From positions 145,775-209,774 of the forward strand of contig NMRA01000679.1 in the NCBI GenBank assembly GCA_002633005.1: a stretch of 64,000 nt of DNA. Reading direction: 5' to 3'. The notes below the pieces were generated by a model. It made no database searches and had not been told where the DNA came from. It saw only the letters and a program-made list of their open reading frames with translations. The first letter of the stretch is position 1. Each line of letters starts with the position of its first letter. Source of the stretch: Phoronis australis (taxonomy: Eukaryota > Animalia > Phoronida). A program made the position numbers and the translations under genes. This document shows positions 14,435 through 28,204 of this stretch, one piece after another.

Positions 14435-15025
14435 AGAATACTTCAAAGAATCCACATGCAAAAATTCACATCATTTCCTCTTCCTGTTCAAAATGGCACC
14501 CCCGCCCGACTGAAAATGGGTCAAAATGCACCAGATCCACCATCTTGAAAGCAACTTCCGGTAACTCAGAACTAGATAATAACATGTTACAGGAAAGTAA
14601 CAAGTGAAAAATTTCGAAGCAATTTATCCTACAATGTGCCCTCTACAGGACAAAACGTTTTTGTCCCAAAATTGAGGTGCGCATGTGCAATGGTCAATAT
14701 TTCCGCCATCTTTTACTGGAAGTAAATGATTTCCGGTACATTTGTAGTACAGGTCAGCAACATTGGCTGTGCTTATTTTCAATTGTCTACAACCTCTATG
14801 AGCATTTGAATCTAAATTCAAAAACAAAATGACCACCACGTCCGCCATCTTGAATCCGATTGCAACCAAAAACAATAGGGTTCCAGTACATCCAGGACAA
14901 CAGATGGTGTAAAAATTTTGTGGAAATCGGACGCAAAATGCGACCTGTAGAGTGCAAACAAACAAAAAAAGAAACAAACTTAATGTCAGAGCAATACACT
15001 TGGAGAAATCCTATTTCGCCCAGTA
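14435..15025 (+). repeat. Dispersed repeat (HINE-like, AAAC tail), copy 1
   Basis: Colinear with 33810-34380 (ATACTTCAAAGAATCCACATG, CCATCTTGAAAGCAACTTCCGG, GCGACCTGTA). Confidence 0.75.
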
Positions 15026-16361
15026 ATAAGACAGTTGTTTCACCACGAGAAAGATTCAAGACATATCTTTTGATATCACATTTGCTAGAAATAGTGTACT
15101 GAAAAATGAATTGAACCTGGCGATAAAGTTAAACAGTTCAAAAACAAATCACAAAATGGCGGCCTGTCATAACTTAACACAAGATTATCCCAACGTTATG
15201 CAGTCTGTGGTTTTCGTAAAATTTGGATTTCGTTGAATCTGTGGACGAACCAAATGTCTTTGGAATCTCTATTTTTGCGACTTTCGATTCAGAGCCTCGT
15301 TGGTTTAAAAGCTTTATTTTGAAATTCATGTATTCATGGATTTTTGAAATAAGCTTGATATGAGAATCTGTGTCTTAAATTATACTATCAGTACATTTTT
15401 GAATTTTTCAAAAACAAATCATTACTGTTCAGCTTATGAATAAAATAACTGAAGAGGCATTACTTTTTTGTGTAGTTTACATGGTCTCTTTTAGTTATTC
15501 ACTGTTAGCCATGCAAGAAAATTCATCATAAACATCATGTGCATGAAAATTTTCAACAAACGTCTTTGTGACATAAGTCACACAATCTGCGATAAACATT
15601 AGCTATTGCATAATTTTGATGACAAATAACACAAAAACAATTACAGCAATCCATCTAAACCCACTTCTCTAAAGAATTCTCAGAGGCATATCATTAAATA
15701 ATTTAACAAACAATGTTTATAAAATGTTTTGCCTGTTGCGCTTCACAAACCTCAATACCATAGTCACTGATACAAAGTGTATGTTCAAACAATGCAAGCT
15801 GCAGTGACCAGATTTGTTAAAATTAATTTGGCATTCAGAATACCACATGGGAATCAAATCAATGATTGTTCTTGAATCAAATAACTAGTTGGCTTTAGGT
15901 GAGGACTATAAACTAACCCAGCAGTGTTACAGTCAGCCATCTATTGGGTGGTGCTGAATGACACTTAACTATGTGTGGTCCCTTCACAGCCTATTTTATG
16001 AGGTACGCATTTTTAAAGTTTCATCACATAAATGTATGGTACTGATTAGCCTGTTCAAAACCTCGATTTTCATTTAGTATCATCCAACAAAAAGTGAGTC
16101 AGTTGTGTGATAGCACATGATGGCGCGCAACAACATTAAACTTGTATCCTGGAGTGCATACCTAACAAACTCAAGGAGAAAATACAAGCAAAATGTCCAA
16201 TGCAAGCAAGTGTCCATATCCTTAGTATGTTCGTGTCAATACTACTCCGATTTCCTACTAGAAATGGATGTATCTTCAAAATAATTTCATTCTGCAATCA
16301 CCACAGCTACATAGTAAGGTACAATCATATTAAAATTCTTAAATTTAAAAATCTCACGTAC

Positions 16362-16424
16362 CTGTTCAGGTGTTTGACCATCAGCTGCATAAATTCGAGG
16401 ATCACCACCAGCTTGCAACAATGT
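16362..16424 (-). CDS. IQANK1: IQANK1-like exon 6
   Basis: tgcag|...|gtacgt, 63 bp, phase 0-0. TLLQAGGDPRIYAADGQTPEQ completes an ankyrin repeat. Confidence 0.9.
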
Positions 16425-17192
16425 CTGCAGTAAAACAAGGAATAGTTGTAATTTTTACAAGTGGTGAGTGAGAATCCCAAAACTCCAAGCCATGGTATTA
16501 GGCATTCAGATGTCTTATTTACATTTCAGCAAACAAATGTAGTGCAACGCTCATACATCAATGGAGGCTCTTAAAACAAAAAGCACTTAATGATTTACGT
16601 TATTTTTAAAGTGGTCAGTACTTACAGAAACAGCATTGTGTCACACATTTTGTTTAAGAATTAAACTAGCTTGGAAGAATCTGTAGTAATAGAGGCTGAA
16701 TCAGAAGCCTTAGTTCCTACAATGTATATGTAAATTTAGTGGGTCAAACCATGGTGCAGTCCGCAAGACATCTGGGCATCACCCAAAAAACAAAATACTG
16801 TGAAATGTAGTGCATTAGTTGAAAATTATCAAACACCGAAAATTATGAATCAAATCAACACACAGTGCTAGCAATACATAAACAAACAACAGTTTTTCAA
16901 TAAATTTGGCTGCTAATCGATCGCTGAGATGGGTGTCATTTTTTTACTTTCTGGTACAGATTTGGATCGCTTTTTCACAATTTATTATAAAATTGTGGTG
17001 ACAGTTTAAGGTTACAAAAGTAGGTATAAAAATGGGGAGATGACAGTTTTGCTTGGAACACATTTTGGTTGGACAATTCTCTGTACTGTATGAATACTGA
17101 TGTGACTTTAAAGAAGGCAAATCTACTTATCTCAACTAGCATCTAATTGTTTGTACACTAGTGTACAAACTATTTTTCCCCGATATACACAC

Positions 17193-17317
17193 CTGAACTG
17201 CATCTAAATGGCCGGCAAAAGCTGCTCTGTAGAGGGGTGTTCGTCCAAACTGTCCCACAGTGTTGATATTGGCCCCTTTTTCCAACAGAAGTGTGATTGT
17301 GTCCACATGACCACCAC
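17193..17317 (-). CDS. IQANK1: IQANK1-like exon 5 (ankyrin repeats)
   Basis: tcaag|...|gtgtgt, 125 bp, phase 1-0. SGGHVDTITLLLEKGANINTVGQFGRTPLYRAAFAGHLDAVQ. Confidence 0.92.
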
Positions 17318-19055
17318 CTTGAAGGGAAACAACTCTAAACACAAACAGTCATTACCAGTGGGCCCAGGCCCCCAATTGGCTGCCGTGGAAAAAATAAAAG
17401 AGCAAGAGCGTGAGGAAACATTGAGTTCATTAATAAATCCTGGTAATTAACATGCGGCTGAGGGTGGGATAAGATCCGATTGCAAGTGCCCGACTCAGCC
17501 GACCTGCACAATCTTTTCCCGTTTTTTTTGTGTTTTAGTAGAAGGTCCAGAAATTCGAGCCCTCTTTCAGGCTGGGTGAGCGCATGCACTTGTCCGAGAC
17601 AACATATTGCCCCCCCTTATGATATCCTAGATCCGCACCTTGAAAAGAAAACCTGTCAATGACAAGTCTCAAACAGTAATTGACACGACAAATTATGCAT
17701 TGAAAATTGGTAAAATTAGTAATGAATTGGGAGATTCACATAATTTGAAAATAACAATTTTACACCTTGAGTTCAAATTACATGTTTGAGACAGCTCAAC
17801 TCGATCCGGTTTTAAGCCTTGCGTAATTAATGTCGTTGGACCGGCTCACACCACATCGCCAGTGTAAAAAGTAATTGCGAGACTTGGTCATGTTTGTCGC
17901 CGAAATAGTCTTCTAGTCGTTGGCATGGTCAATTGCAAACAACAAGTAGCAGCACCTACACGAGATCTCGCTAAGAAGCGAGAAATCGCCATTACCAAGA
18001 CCGCTGACTCCCTTACACAACTGAACATTTCGCTGTGGTAAAAGAGTGATTTCAGAGGTAGTGACAGACACGAAATAGAACATTCGCTTGCTATTTTTAG
18101 GCCTCCGAATCGAAGTAAGAATGACATTTGCGGCACGGCTTGATTTGACCTAACTGTGATTCAACACTCGAGTAGGTTTGACAAAATAAATTTTCATTGT
18201 CAAGTTGTGAAAACATTCACCACATTGGTGAATGGAATTAGCTATGTCGTCACCATTGCCACTCAGAATTCACCAATGGCGAGCTGAAATGTGGCTAGCA
18301 CAAGCTTAGCCTTCTCATCAGGAACACACCTGGGGTTTGGATGTACAGCAGTGGATGCCGGATTGTAGACCAATAGGGATTATGGCATAATGTGCCCACA
18401 TAGTTATATAAAGAGGTAAGAAACATGAGATTGGGTGAGCTCTGTCGAGACTTCTGTTACGTTCGAGACATAATATAGTTTGTACGATCTAATTCCCAAT
18501 TCTTGAAACAGTGTTAAAAATAAATTGTAGTAAATCAGAAAATAAACATCCTGTAATCGAACTTCTGAAGTTTCTAAAGTGAGTCTCAGTCCTGCTGACA
18601 GCCCAGCATGCGCACTGTCATAAGTGATGATCAGTTCTAAGGAAGTGACCTTCACACTGTATAGCTGTACATATAACACTCTCAATGGAGCCCCATTTAA
18701 CTAAAAAGGGCATGCCCAGCTCACAAAACAAGGGATTCACTGCGAATTCTGTAGGTCAAACTGATGGAAGCAAACTACTTTTTGAAAACATTTTGTTCTA
18801 TATGTGTTGCCTTACATAGAAAATGACTTCATCAGTAGGTAAAAATGTACTCACGAAATTTAGCCATTGCTTAGACCCCCAAAGTAAAAACTTCCATTTA
18901 ACTGAAGCTAGTTGACCTTAAATACACTGTATAGAAAATTTTGAAAAATTGTTAAATTCACATGTGCATGAACAGTGACAAAAAAAAAATACTCATGACA
19001 AAGCTATTTCAGCGCATACTAAGGCCTGTATCGAGCGGGCATCCATGCTACTCAC

Positions 19056-19185
19056 TAGCCGCTTCAGACAGTGGTGTGTTCCCATTTGCATCTTCACAAT
19101 CCAAAGTAGTCAACTGGTGACGCGCTCTGACAGCTCGACCAATCATGTCGATTTGCACCCCATCACGGTCATCCTGATCTGTCAC
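19056..19185 (-). CDS. IQANK1: IQANK1-like exon 4 (ankyrin repeat)
   Basis: tttag|...|gtgagt, 130 bp, phase 0-1. VTDQDDRDGVQIDMIGRAVRARHQLTTLDCEDANGNTPLSEAA; GNTPL is the ankyrin signature. Confidence 0.9.
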
Positions 19186-19944
19186 CTAAACGATTCAATC
19201 AGTTGGATTAAGATATTCCTGATCTGAATTCAGCTGCAGATTTGCCACTGAACTAAGAAATTCAAGGGTTGAGGTGAAAATGATTCACATATAGTAAATA
19301 GGTTCCTTACGTATGGGAGCATTGTAACTGGATCTTCTTCTGGGCTGTATGGCTCAAGTACAGACACTGACAAAAAGTATGTTTCTGAGAAAATGTGCTC
19401 ATAGCAAGAACTGAGAATGTCCATGTGGTTAATAAGTGAAACAGATTGCCTGCCTTAGCTCGTGATTCATTAAACACAGCGTAAGCACATTGGTATAATG
19501 CATAAGACAAACCCATACACCATGAATTACAACTTCTTAATGTCGAACTTAAAACTAACCCTCAGATCAATGAAAATGTTAAAGTATACGTTTATGTTCA
19601 TATATAAGGATATAATCAGTGCTCAATGCTAGTTTGACACCAACTCACTGTTTCCTGTTCTCAAAAATTTCGCATATCTCTTCCATTTCTCACTGTAAAA
19701 ATGTGTCAAAAACTCAATACCTCCTTCCACTGAAGAACGCAGATGACCAGATACATTGGAGATGCATGTTTCATGGTCCATTTTCTGCAGAACAATTCGA
19801 ACCTTTGTTTGTTTACTTCCTGTTGTAATTTAAGCATGTTTGATGTGTGCCGAGTGCTGAGGGTGTTAATTGCACTGACTTCACAAAATAAACATAACGA
19901 CTGTGAAACAAAGGTATTGAATATAGGAAAAATGTTAGTTATTT

Positions 19945-22710
19945 AAAGTTTGGAGGTTGCCACAAATTTTGAAATGAATTTTGAGGGAATTATTGCCTGA
20001 CTTTGATACTCGCTATGGCAACTTCTTGGCAACTTGGGAATTTCCCCATGTTACTAAACACAATCTTAAGGTTACTGCAAACCTTGTTTACCAGTTTGTA
20101 CTGAGGTGCAAATATCTTAAATTCTGTTAGCTCTAACCCCTACAAAGTAAAAATTTTCTAAAAGGTGAATAAATTTCCTAACAAAATCAAATTTATTATT
20201 CTTATTTACTTGTCTCTGTTTTATTTTTCCCAAAATATGCATTTTTAGTAGCTTTTAAAAATATTGTTCCTCCAATCATATTGGTCTTATAAACATGTTG
20301 ATAACGACATTTTCAAGGGAACAGAGTCTCATATTTTTGAAATAGGTCTCAGTTTTTTAAATATCCACTTTTTAGAGCATTTGAACAAAAAGTTTGGAGG
20401 TCGCCACAAATTTTGAAATGAATTTTGAGGGAATTATTGCCCGACTTTGATATTCGCTATGGCAACTTTGTGGAAACTTGGGAATTTCCCCATGTTACTA
20501 AACACAATCTCAAGGTCACAGCAAACCTTGTTTACCAGTTTGTACTGATGTGCAAATATCTTAAGGTAGGTGGATACACAAAAAAAAATAATTTTGACTG
20601 TTTTTTACATTTTTATATGTCATCCTAATCTTTAATTCTTGATGCACAGTATACTGAAGAAAAATAAAATCATTCTGAAAATCCAAAGTTATTTTTTTAG
20701 CTATATTTGACCAAGCCTCAGTAAGTCATATGGCTTGAGGGCTCACCAGCTCAGTGATTGACAACTGGGGCGGAGCTTATATACAAGGACACTAGCTCTA
20801 ATTTAACCCTGTCAACAAGCATTGCGTAACCGGGCAATGGAGAGTGATGTACCAGCTGATATTGGTGTTGTAGCAAGACCAAGAATAAAACAATTCTATT
20901 TTTGACCATGTGAAAGTTGGTAGTGAAATGGTGAACTAGCTCCTGTTCAGAGCCTGAGCCTGTTTGGCTATCTGCAAAAAAATTAAGTTGAGTACGCCAA
21001 GCCCTACCGAAGCCATCACTGCACTCAGCTTGAGGAGTCCGTGCAGAAATTGTGCATGTATAAGAAGTCGGTAATATAAGGTCAGGTGTCTTGCGAGAGG
21101 ACGCGCGCGCGACACATGGACAACTACATGCCGTCAGAGTAGAGTCTTCGCAGATAAACCGTGCTTCTGTGCTGGGAACGCGCCGTGGAGAAACTAGGCT
21201 GTCTAACCCAGAGGATTTTTAACTTGCCACTGGCCGTAACCCAAAGAATTAGATAAATGACCCAGTGTTCAACATAACAAAAAATTTTCTAGTGCATAGA
21301 TTCAAATGTAACCCTGAATTAAAACTCATGATATTATACGATTTTAGAGGAAAGCAATATAAGAAACTATAGTAACTTGAGAATCTCACCCAAGCGGCGC
21401 TATTTGCGCAGAAAGTGATATTTTCTTATCCCAAAGTCCATTCGGTACAGGCACGTAAAAATGTTGAACCATTTCTATGAAAGTAGTTCTTTATCCTCGT
21501 CGCCAATATTGTTATGTAGGCAGTAACACGGCGATTTGATATAACACATATATTGGTTGATGATAATATTGGAATACTAACAAATAGGTCTGTGTAATAT
21601 AGTTAGAGAGTCTTTTACAAACTGAGTGGAGAGTTCAGATGAATCGTATAAACAATCAACACATGGTTTTAATGTGTGGTTGGCATACCAGTACAGCAGA
21701 CAATAGATCAACGCTAAGCTCCGCCCACGTGACAGCCATATTTGTTTTGGTCGTCTGTCGTGCTTCACAAGTTCGAAAAAATGATTAAAATTACGCTGTA
21801 AACAAACAAGTATGTCACATTTTCTAAATATGAAGTAAATATCAGCTTTATTTCTAGTACTTCAACAAAAAATTGGAACATAATGACCACGCATTCTAAA
21901 CAAAATTTGATCTCAAGTGGCAATCGATGACCGCTTAACGTTTTTCTCGGCTCGTGATTTCAGGATAGTGACAAGATTCTGGGGCCTATTTTTCCACAAC
22001 ACGTGGGTCAATTTTTACGAAAGTTGAAAATTTGAAACCCTCTAGGACTGAAGTAAAATCGCGTGCCAGGGTTTTTTGATAAATGGACCAGATTTTTAGT
22101 TATTAAACGGAAAGTGACCAAATGACAAAAAGTGGCGTGCTTGCCCCAACTCACACAAAAAAATGCCACAAAATCAAGATCATGATGATTTTGTACATAT
22201 ATTTGGTTTGGATAAGTAGAATATTGCGTAAGGAAACAGTTGATGATGATCCCTGAGCATTGAAAAAAATTCGAGGTAAAATTGGATTTTTTGAAAATTA
22301 AAAAATACGATTTAAAAAAAACGAACTACAAAAAAACTTTTTTTTTCGATTTTTGTCACTTTCAGAGTCATGTCTAACTAGTTAAAACTCCCTTTTTACT
22401 CATTTTAGTTAGGAACCTGGAGATTTGATCAGTGTATACACCTACCTTAAATTCTGTTAGCGCTAACCCCTACAAAGTGTATATTTTCTGAAAGGTGACT
22501 AAATTTCCTAACAAAATCAAATTCATTATTCTAATTTACTTGTCTCTGTTTTATTTTCCCAGAATATGCATTTTTAGTATATTTTAAAAATATTGTTCCT
22601 CTAATCATATTGGTCTTATAAACCTGTCGATAACGACATTTTCGAGTCCCATATTTTTGAAATAGGTCTCAGTTTTTTAATTATCCACTTTTTAGAGCAT
22701 TTTTGAGCAA
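19945..22710 (+). repeat. ~445-bp tandem duplication; the second unit is split by the Kolobok insertion
   Basis: Unit 1 is 19945-20388; unit 2 is 20389-20564 plus 22451-~22705. Both start AAAGTTTGGAGGT and are nearly identical. Confidence 0.85.
20565..22446. mobile_element. Non-autonomous Kolobok-type DNA transposon (TTAA TSD)
   Basis: TTAA|GGTAGGTGGATACAC ... GTGTATACACCTACC|TTAA. The empty target site is visible in the adjacent tandem copy at ~20111-20130. Confidence 0.85.
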
Positions 22711-23293
22711 AAACAGACATACTCTTGATTTTTGAGGGCTTTGTTTTGAAAAACTAGGACCAAAATCAATATTCTGAGAAACTGTTCCTTTTGGAATGTA
22801 TCAAACAACAAGTCTTCGAAATTTCATAGCAATATGTTTATGAAATGAACTCCAAAATCGCAACACGAGAGATTGGCGGTGATCAAGAAGTGCACATTTG
22901 ACATCATATCAGAACTTGCAGGAGTTTCTTTACTGTTACAGCTAGTAATATTCAGCTATAAGTAGCATATTTATAATTTCAACATATGATAAATTTAGGT
23001 AATGCACAATGCAGAAATTTAGTAATAATCGTTCAGTTTGAACGACCTAATCGAGTCTGCCAAATGCTCAGAATCACATTATTAACTGGGCGGAGTTTAC
23101 GTTGTTTAGCTGGACTAGGTCAACGCGGCTTTATCTTGAGTTGGTACAACGTGGACGTGGTATAAATAAAATAGAGAACAGAAACATGGAGAATTTTCAA
23201 AGAGCACTGAAAGGAATACTGACAGAATTGTGCAGTGAGTTTGGTCAAGAAATGACAGCTCTGGGATGAGATTTAGCCATGATTTTATGTTGC

Positions 23294-23510
23294 TGGTGTG
23301 CCGACCACACACCATCAGAAGATGTGCCAACCACGAACCCTGAAGCCACGAGTCTCAGAGATGACTCACTTAGATTCTACAGTCAGTGTGGCAAAGGACT
23401 CTGTAGTGTATAGACCTATTTACTAGTATTTCCGTATTATATGTAGTTATCATCTTCTAACAAGAAATGTACGTGTTATACCAATTTACTGTGTTACCAC
23501 CTACATAACA
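23294..23510 (+). repeat. 5' LTR of Gypsy element 1
   Basis: Direct repeat of 27339-27555; 11 substitutions counted by eye in 217 bp (~95% identity). Confidence 0.95.
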
Positions 23511-23512
23511 AT

Positions 23513-23525
23513 TGGCGACGAGGAT
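23513..23525 (+). promoter_or_regulatory. Primer-binding site, complementary to the tRNA-Ser(GCT) 3' end
   Basis: TGGCGACGAGGAT starts 2 nt after the 5' LTR and is the complement of ...ATCCTCGTCG-CCA. Confidence 0.8.
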
Positions 23526-23540
23526 AAAGCAGAACTTCAT

Positions 23541-26500
23541 AATGGCTCAACATTTTCACGTGCCTGTAACGCCAACTTACTGGCCCTCTGGACTGGACAC
23601 TCCATCTCTCAAATTTGAACAGTTCCTTGAAATGCTAGAGCACTACTTCGTATTGACGGACGCTTATCAAAAGGAAGGCAACCACCTCTCCCATCAACAA
23701 AAAAATATGCTACTACCATCCTTTCTGGGACCTACGGCTATTGCCCAATTGGATGCCCATCCCAATGGCAAAATGTACAAATCAGCCGATACTACATATA
23801 CAGTGTATGTGATGGTGACCAAGGAGATTTTCGGCCGACCGGTAAATCGGGTAAGGTCACACTTCGATTTTGACAATAGATCTCAGTTACCGAATGAGTC
23901 CGTCTCCGAATTCCTACAAGCACTGCGCTCACTACAGTGTGATCGTGACTTTAAGGGAAACCCGGACTATTTTCTGGCTATCCAGTTTGTTCAGGGATTG
24001 TACAACAAAGAGGCTCAAACTCGCATTCTTCAAGAAAAGGACATTGATTTAGCTCATTTTATTGACATTGCCAGAACAAGGAGACTACCCAGCAAACCTC
24101 CAAGGTTTTAAGTGGACAGCATGGTGTTACTCATCCTCAAGTGGCTGCAGCTAAAAGAAGGCCCCACACCCATACTGGCCACAAACCACAGCAGCATCAT
24201 CAAAGACAGCACCCTAAACAAAAACATCCTACTCCACAAAGTAAAACCTGTTATTGCTGTGGTTCCAAGGACCACCTGGCTAATAGCTAGGAGTGCCCAG
24301 CCGTATAGGCTACATGTCGTAACTGTCACAGAACTGGACATTATGACCACTATTGCATGCAGAAAGGCTCCAGTGGTAAACAAATCAACACCATCACTCG
24401 GGCTAATACCACAGCTCCTGGAAAGGATGATTTTACATGTGATCTCCAATTAGTCACTCCTGCTGGTGTTTGACAGATCTACGTTACTCCCAACCAGTGT
24501 GCGCCTATTGCTGGAAAAATGCCATCACTGCTTTACAGTTAGTCACACTGGATGGCCCTATGCAATCAGTTCAAGCCGTTACTACAAGCTGTCGCATCCG
24601 CGATGACTGCGTTTGTCTGCTAAGCAAATACACTACACTTACAGAATCTACCATTGGCTTGTTTCCTGATTTTGCACACACCATACAACTGCAACCCAAT
24701 GTTGTGTCTACACGTGCCTCCCTGCGGCCAATACCATATTACCGCCACGCAGAAGCTGCAAAAACCATTGACCAAACGGAAGCGCAAGGGATATGGTCCA
24801 AAATCCAGCCACACGAACGACCCTTGTGGCAACACCCGCTGGTAACTGTGGATAAACCGGATGGTTCCGTGCGCATTACTACTGACCTGACAGGCCTGAA
24901 TCGTCGAGTCATACCATCTCGATTTCCCCTTCCCGTCATAAGCGATGTCATCCAGGATTTGCAAGGCGCCAAGTATTACAATTGATATTTGGTGGGGTTA
25001 CTTTAATACGTTGCTCGATGCTGAGAATCGTCTGCTTATTACTACAATTACACCCAAGGGTTTGTATGCCTACAACCGCCTGCCTATGGGTCTTACAGAC
25101 AGTGCTGCAGTTTTCCAGTACCTCATTTCTAACATTGTAAGTGGCCTTCCTGGGTGCAAGGCCTACATGGACGACATTGCGGTCATGGGTCACACGTGGG
25201 ACGAACTGTACCACAATCTCGACAACCTATTACAACGGTTGAGTGACAACAACCTACGTGTCAACCCCAAGAAATGCGTCATTGGTGTCAAAGAGTTACC
25301 ATACTTGGGTTACATTGTCTCCCACAACAAAGTGAAACCCGACCCTGCAAACCTTGCCGCGGTGCGTAATGCACCTGTTCCGACGTCTGAAAGACGCGCA
25401 AGGATTCCTAGGTTTACTCAACTACTACAAAGGTTTCTTGGACCATTTTGTTGAGATTTCAGAGCCACTCCATGCCCTCACACGAAACAATGTAAAGTTT
25501 GTGTGGTCTGCACAGTGCCAACAGGCGTTTGACACGCTAAAAGCCATGCTGTATCAGAACTTGGAACTACACCTTTTTAACCCTACATGCGACATCATCC
25601 TCTCCACTGAGGCGTCTGATGTCAGCCTTGGTGCTGCGCTGTCACAAATCCAAAACAGAAAGGAAGTGCCCATTCTGTTTGGCAGCAAAACACTCGATGA
25701 GCGCCAGCACTCCTATGCAGTAAATGAGCGTGAAGCCCTTGCCGTCGCTCACTTCTCGGAGTACTGGGAGAAGTTCTTGCTAGGACGACATTTCACAATT
25801 TGCACAGACCACTCAGCACGTGCGTCAATGCTGAGTCAAACTGGCACAGGCAGAAAACACGGTAAATTCATCAGTTGGAATGACCGCCTTGCCGTTTTCA
25901 ATTATACCCTAGAGTACAGAAAAGGACAAGACAATGTTCCCGCTGACTATTTAAGTCGCTTAACTACAAAAAGTGACGCAGTCGCTGGGGTCAATGACCA
26001 CTCCGTCAAAGCTATCATCACTATTGCGAGTAATGATGGTTTTTCATTAGACGCCATTCGCTCTGCCTGCAGCAGACCCCACTTATGAATTGCTCACCAG
26101 TTATGTATGCAATGGATGGCCTTCCAGAACAAACCTGTCTCCGGCTCTACAACGTTTCAACCAAGTTCGTAGCGAACTGTCTCTAGAAGATGGTTACTTG
26201 GTACGGGACAGCTCCGACAACCCTGCTATTACATGCATTGTTGCACCTACGAGCCTCCGGCAGCAAATCCTACAGATGGCACATGTAGGCCACCCCGGCA
26301 TTCGCCGGATGAAACACAAACTACGTGAAGCCTACTGGTTGCCTGGGATGGATAAGGAAGAGGAACATTCAGTGCGATATTGTACTGTGTGCCAGGATTC
26401 CAATAAATCTGTACCAGCATACCACATACCCTCGACTGCCATACCACCGCCAACCCAGCCCTGGAAAAAGATCGGCATCAACATCACTGTACCTTTTGCC

Positions 26501-27316
26501 ACTGCACCTCCGAACAAACGTATCATACTAGCTGCCATCGACTACCATTCGTCATTCCCCTTCATTCTCAGCACGGGCGACATTACCACTGCTACCGTTA
26601 TCCGCTGGCTGCGCAATCTTTTTTCAACTTTTGGCAACCCCGACATACTTGTATCTGACCACGGCCCACAGTGAGCTACGATTTTGAGGTGTTCCTCCGC
26701 AACAGAGACATTTTCCACGAAGACATTGCAGTCTATCACCCACGACAAAATGGCAAAATTGAAGTTTTCAACCGTTATTTAAAGAACGGCATACAAACCA
26801 AGAGTGATGACATTCCGCGGGACCAACACCTATAGAGAATTTACTGGCTCATTTTCGGGGCTACATCTGCTCCGCCGCGAACTGCCAACAGCCCAGCCAA
26901 ACTCTTCTTGAACCACAAATTTCGACTTGCCTACGAGGTTGTTCGGATGGATCCCTCGTGGAGGGGAGCGCGTTCCAGTCTTCTCTGAGGAGAAGCGCGA
27001 GTCCGCTCGCCCAAAACCTACACCAGTTACACATAGAGGACCCTACAAAACTGGCGATTCCGTACACGTGAAGAAACCGCGTACTACCAAGGGATTATTA
27101 CCATGGTCAGCCCCTCTCAAAGTTGTCGACTGCATTGGCAACTGGACGTATCGCTTTTCAGACGGTCAGCTTTGGAATGCCCAGCGCATGCGAAAGGTTT
27201 TCGAGGAGGCACCCGATACCTGCTACAACTTCGCATGTTACCATGACCATTTTGACGTGCCTCGGCGATCGTTCCGCTCCAACAGAGGACTGCCACCAAC
27301 TCGATTTCCGCACTAA
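23541..27316 (+). pseudogene. Disrupted gag-pol of Gypsy element 1 (Gag, RT, RNase H, integrase)
   Basis: ORF pieces 23512-24111 (Gag), 24470-25454 (RT: RLPMGL, YMDDI), 25354-26088 (RNase H: TEASD, TDH) and 26090-27316 (integrase). No D[ST]G protease motif found. Confidence 0.9.
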
Positions 27317-27338
27317 CGCTTGATGAGCGGGGGGAGAT

Positions 27339-27555
27339 TGGTGTGCCGACCACACACCATCAGAAGATGTGCCAACCACGAACATTGAAGTCATGAGTCT
27401 CAGAGATGACTCATTTAGATTCTTAAGTCAGTGTGGCAAAGGACTCTGTAGTGTATAGACCTATTTACTAGTATTTCTGTATTATATGTAGTTATCATCT
27501 TCCAACAAGCAATATACGTGTTATACCAATTTACTGTGTTACCACCTACATAACA
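27339..27555 (+). repeat. 3' LTR of Gypsy element 1
   Basis: Follows the polypurine tract, ends ...ATAACA and is followed by TSD GTTGC. Confidence 0.95.
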
Positions 27556-27843
27556 GTTGCTACTTAGAACCACTTTCACATTGCGAAATAGAGCTATAAC
27601 CCTGACTGTTGGTTTCCGTTCTTGTACAAATCAAGTTTGCAGAAATGTGAACTTTCACTCATTTCATCGGAGACACTTGAGGGTCTTCATTCAGCGAGTT
27701 CACTGATGCAATAAATCGTAACCTCTGCCAACTATGCTTGCAAATATAAACTATCATGGGATATTGGCGAGCTGCAGGTCACCAAATTGAGCACTGATTA
27801 TATTTCAAATATACCCAACAAAAGACACTTATATAAACAATAC

Positions 27844-28008
27844 CTCTTTTAAGCAGGTCAGTATTTCATCATTGTCACCATCAAAGGCTGCTTCAAGAAT
27901 TCGTTTGAAGCGCCTCCTCTGCTCTGCTTTTCTTCGTCGCTCCGCAGCATCCTTCTCAGCTTCACGTATTGCCTCTTCTTGCTGCATCTTTGCTATCTTG
28001 ATAAAGGC
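27844..28008 (-). CDS. IQANK1: IQANK1-like exon 3 (coiled coil, start of ankyrin region)
   Basis: ccag|...|gtatt, 165 bp, phase 0-0. AFIKIAKMQQEE...KRILEAAFDGDNDEILTCLKE. Confidence 0.9.
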
Positions 28009-28204
28009 CTGGATTTGAAAACAAACTATGTTAGAACAAAGCAATGTCTAGCCTCTTTCAATACAATCAAAGTTCAGTAAGCTAACTTCTTCCCTTCCTT
28101 TGATTCATGCACCATGGGTTTTACACTATCTTACAACGGCTTTGTTCCAGAAATGGATATTTTTCAAAATTGAATTTTATGTATTAATTTCAAAATACCA
28201 GTAC

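Larger units (their letters stand above)
23294..27555 (+). mobile_element. Ty3/Gypsy LTR retrotransposon (Mag-like), full-length ends but degenerate, antisense in IQANK1 intron 3
   Basis: 217-bp TG...CA LTRs and 5-bp TSD GTTGC (23289-23293, 27556-27560). PBS TGGCGACGAGGAT; PPT GAGCGGGGGGAGA. Gag with two CCHC-type knuckles, RT (YMDD), RNase H, integrase (H-H-C-C, VSDHGPQ); many stops and frameshifts. Confidence 0.96.
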
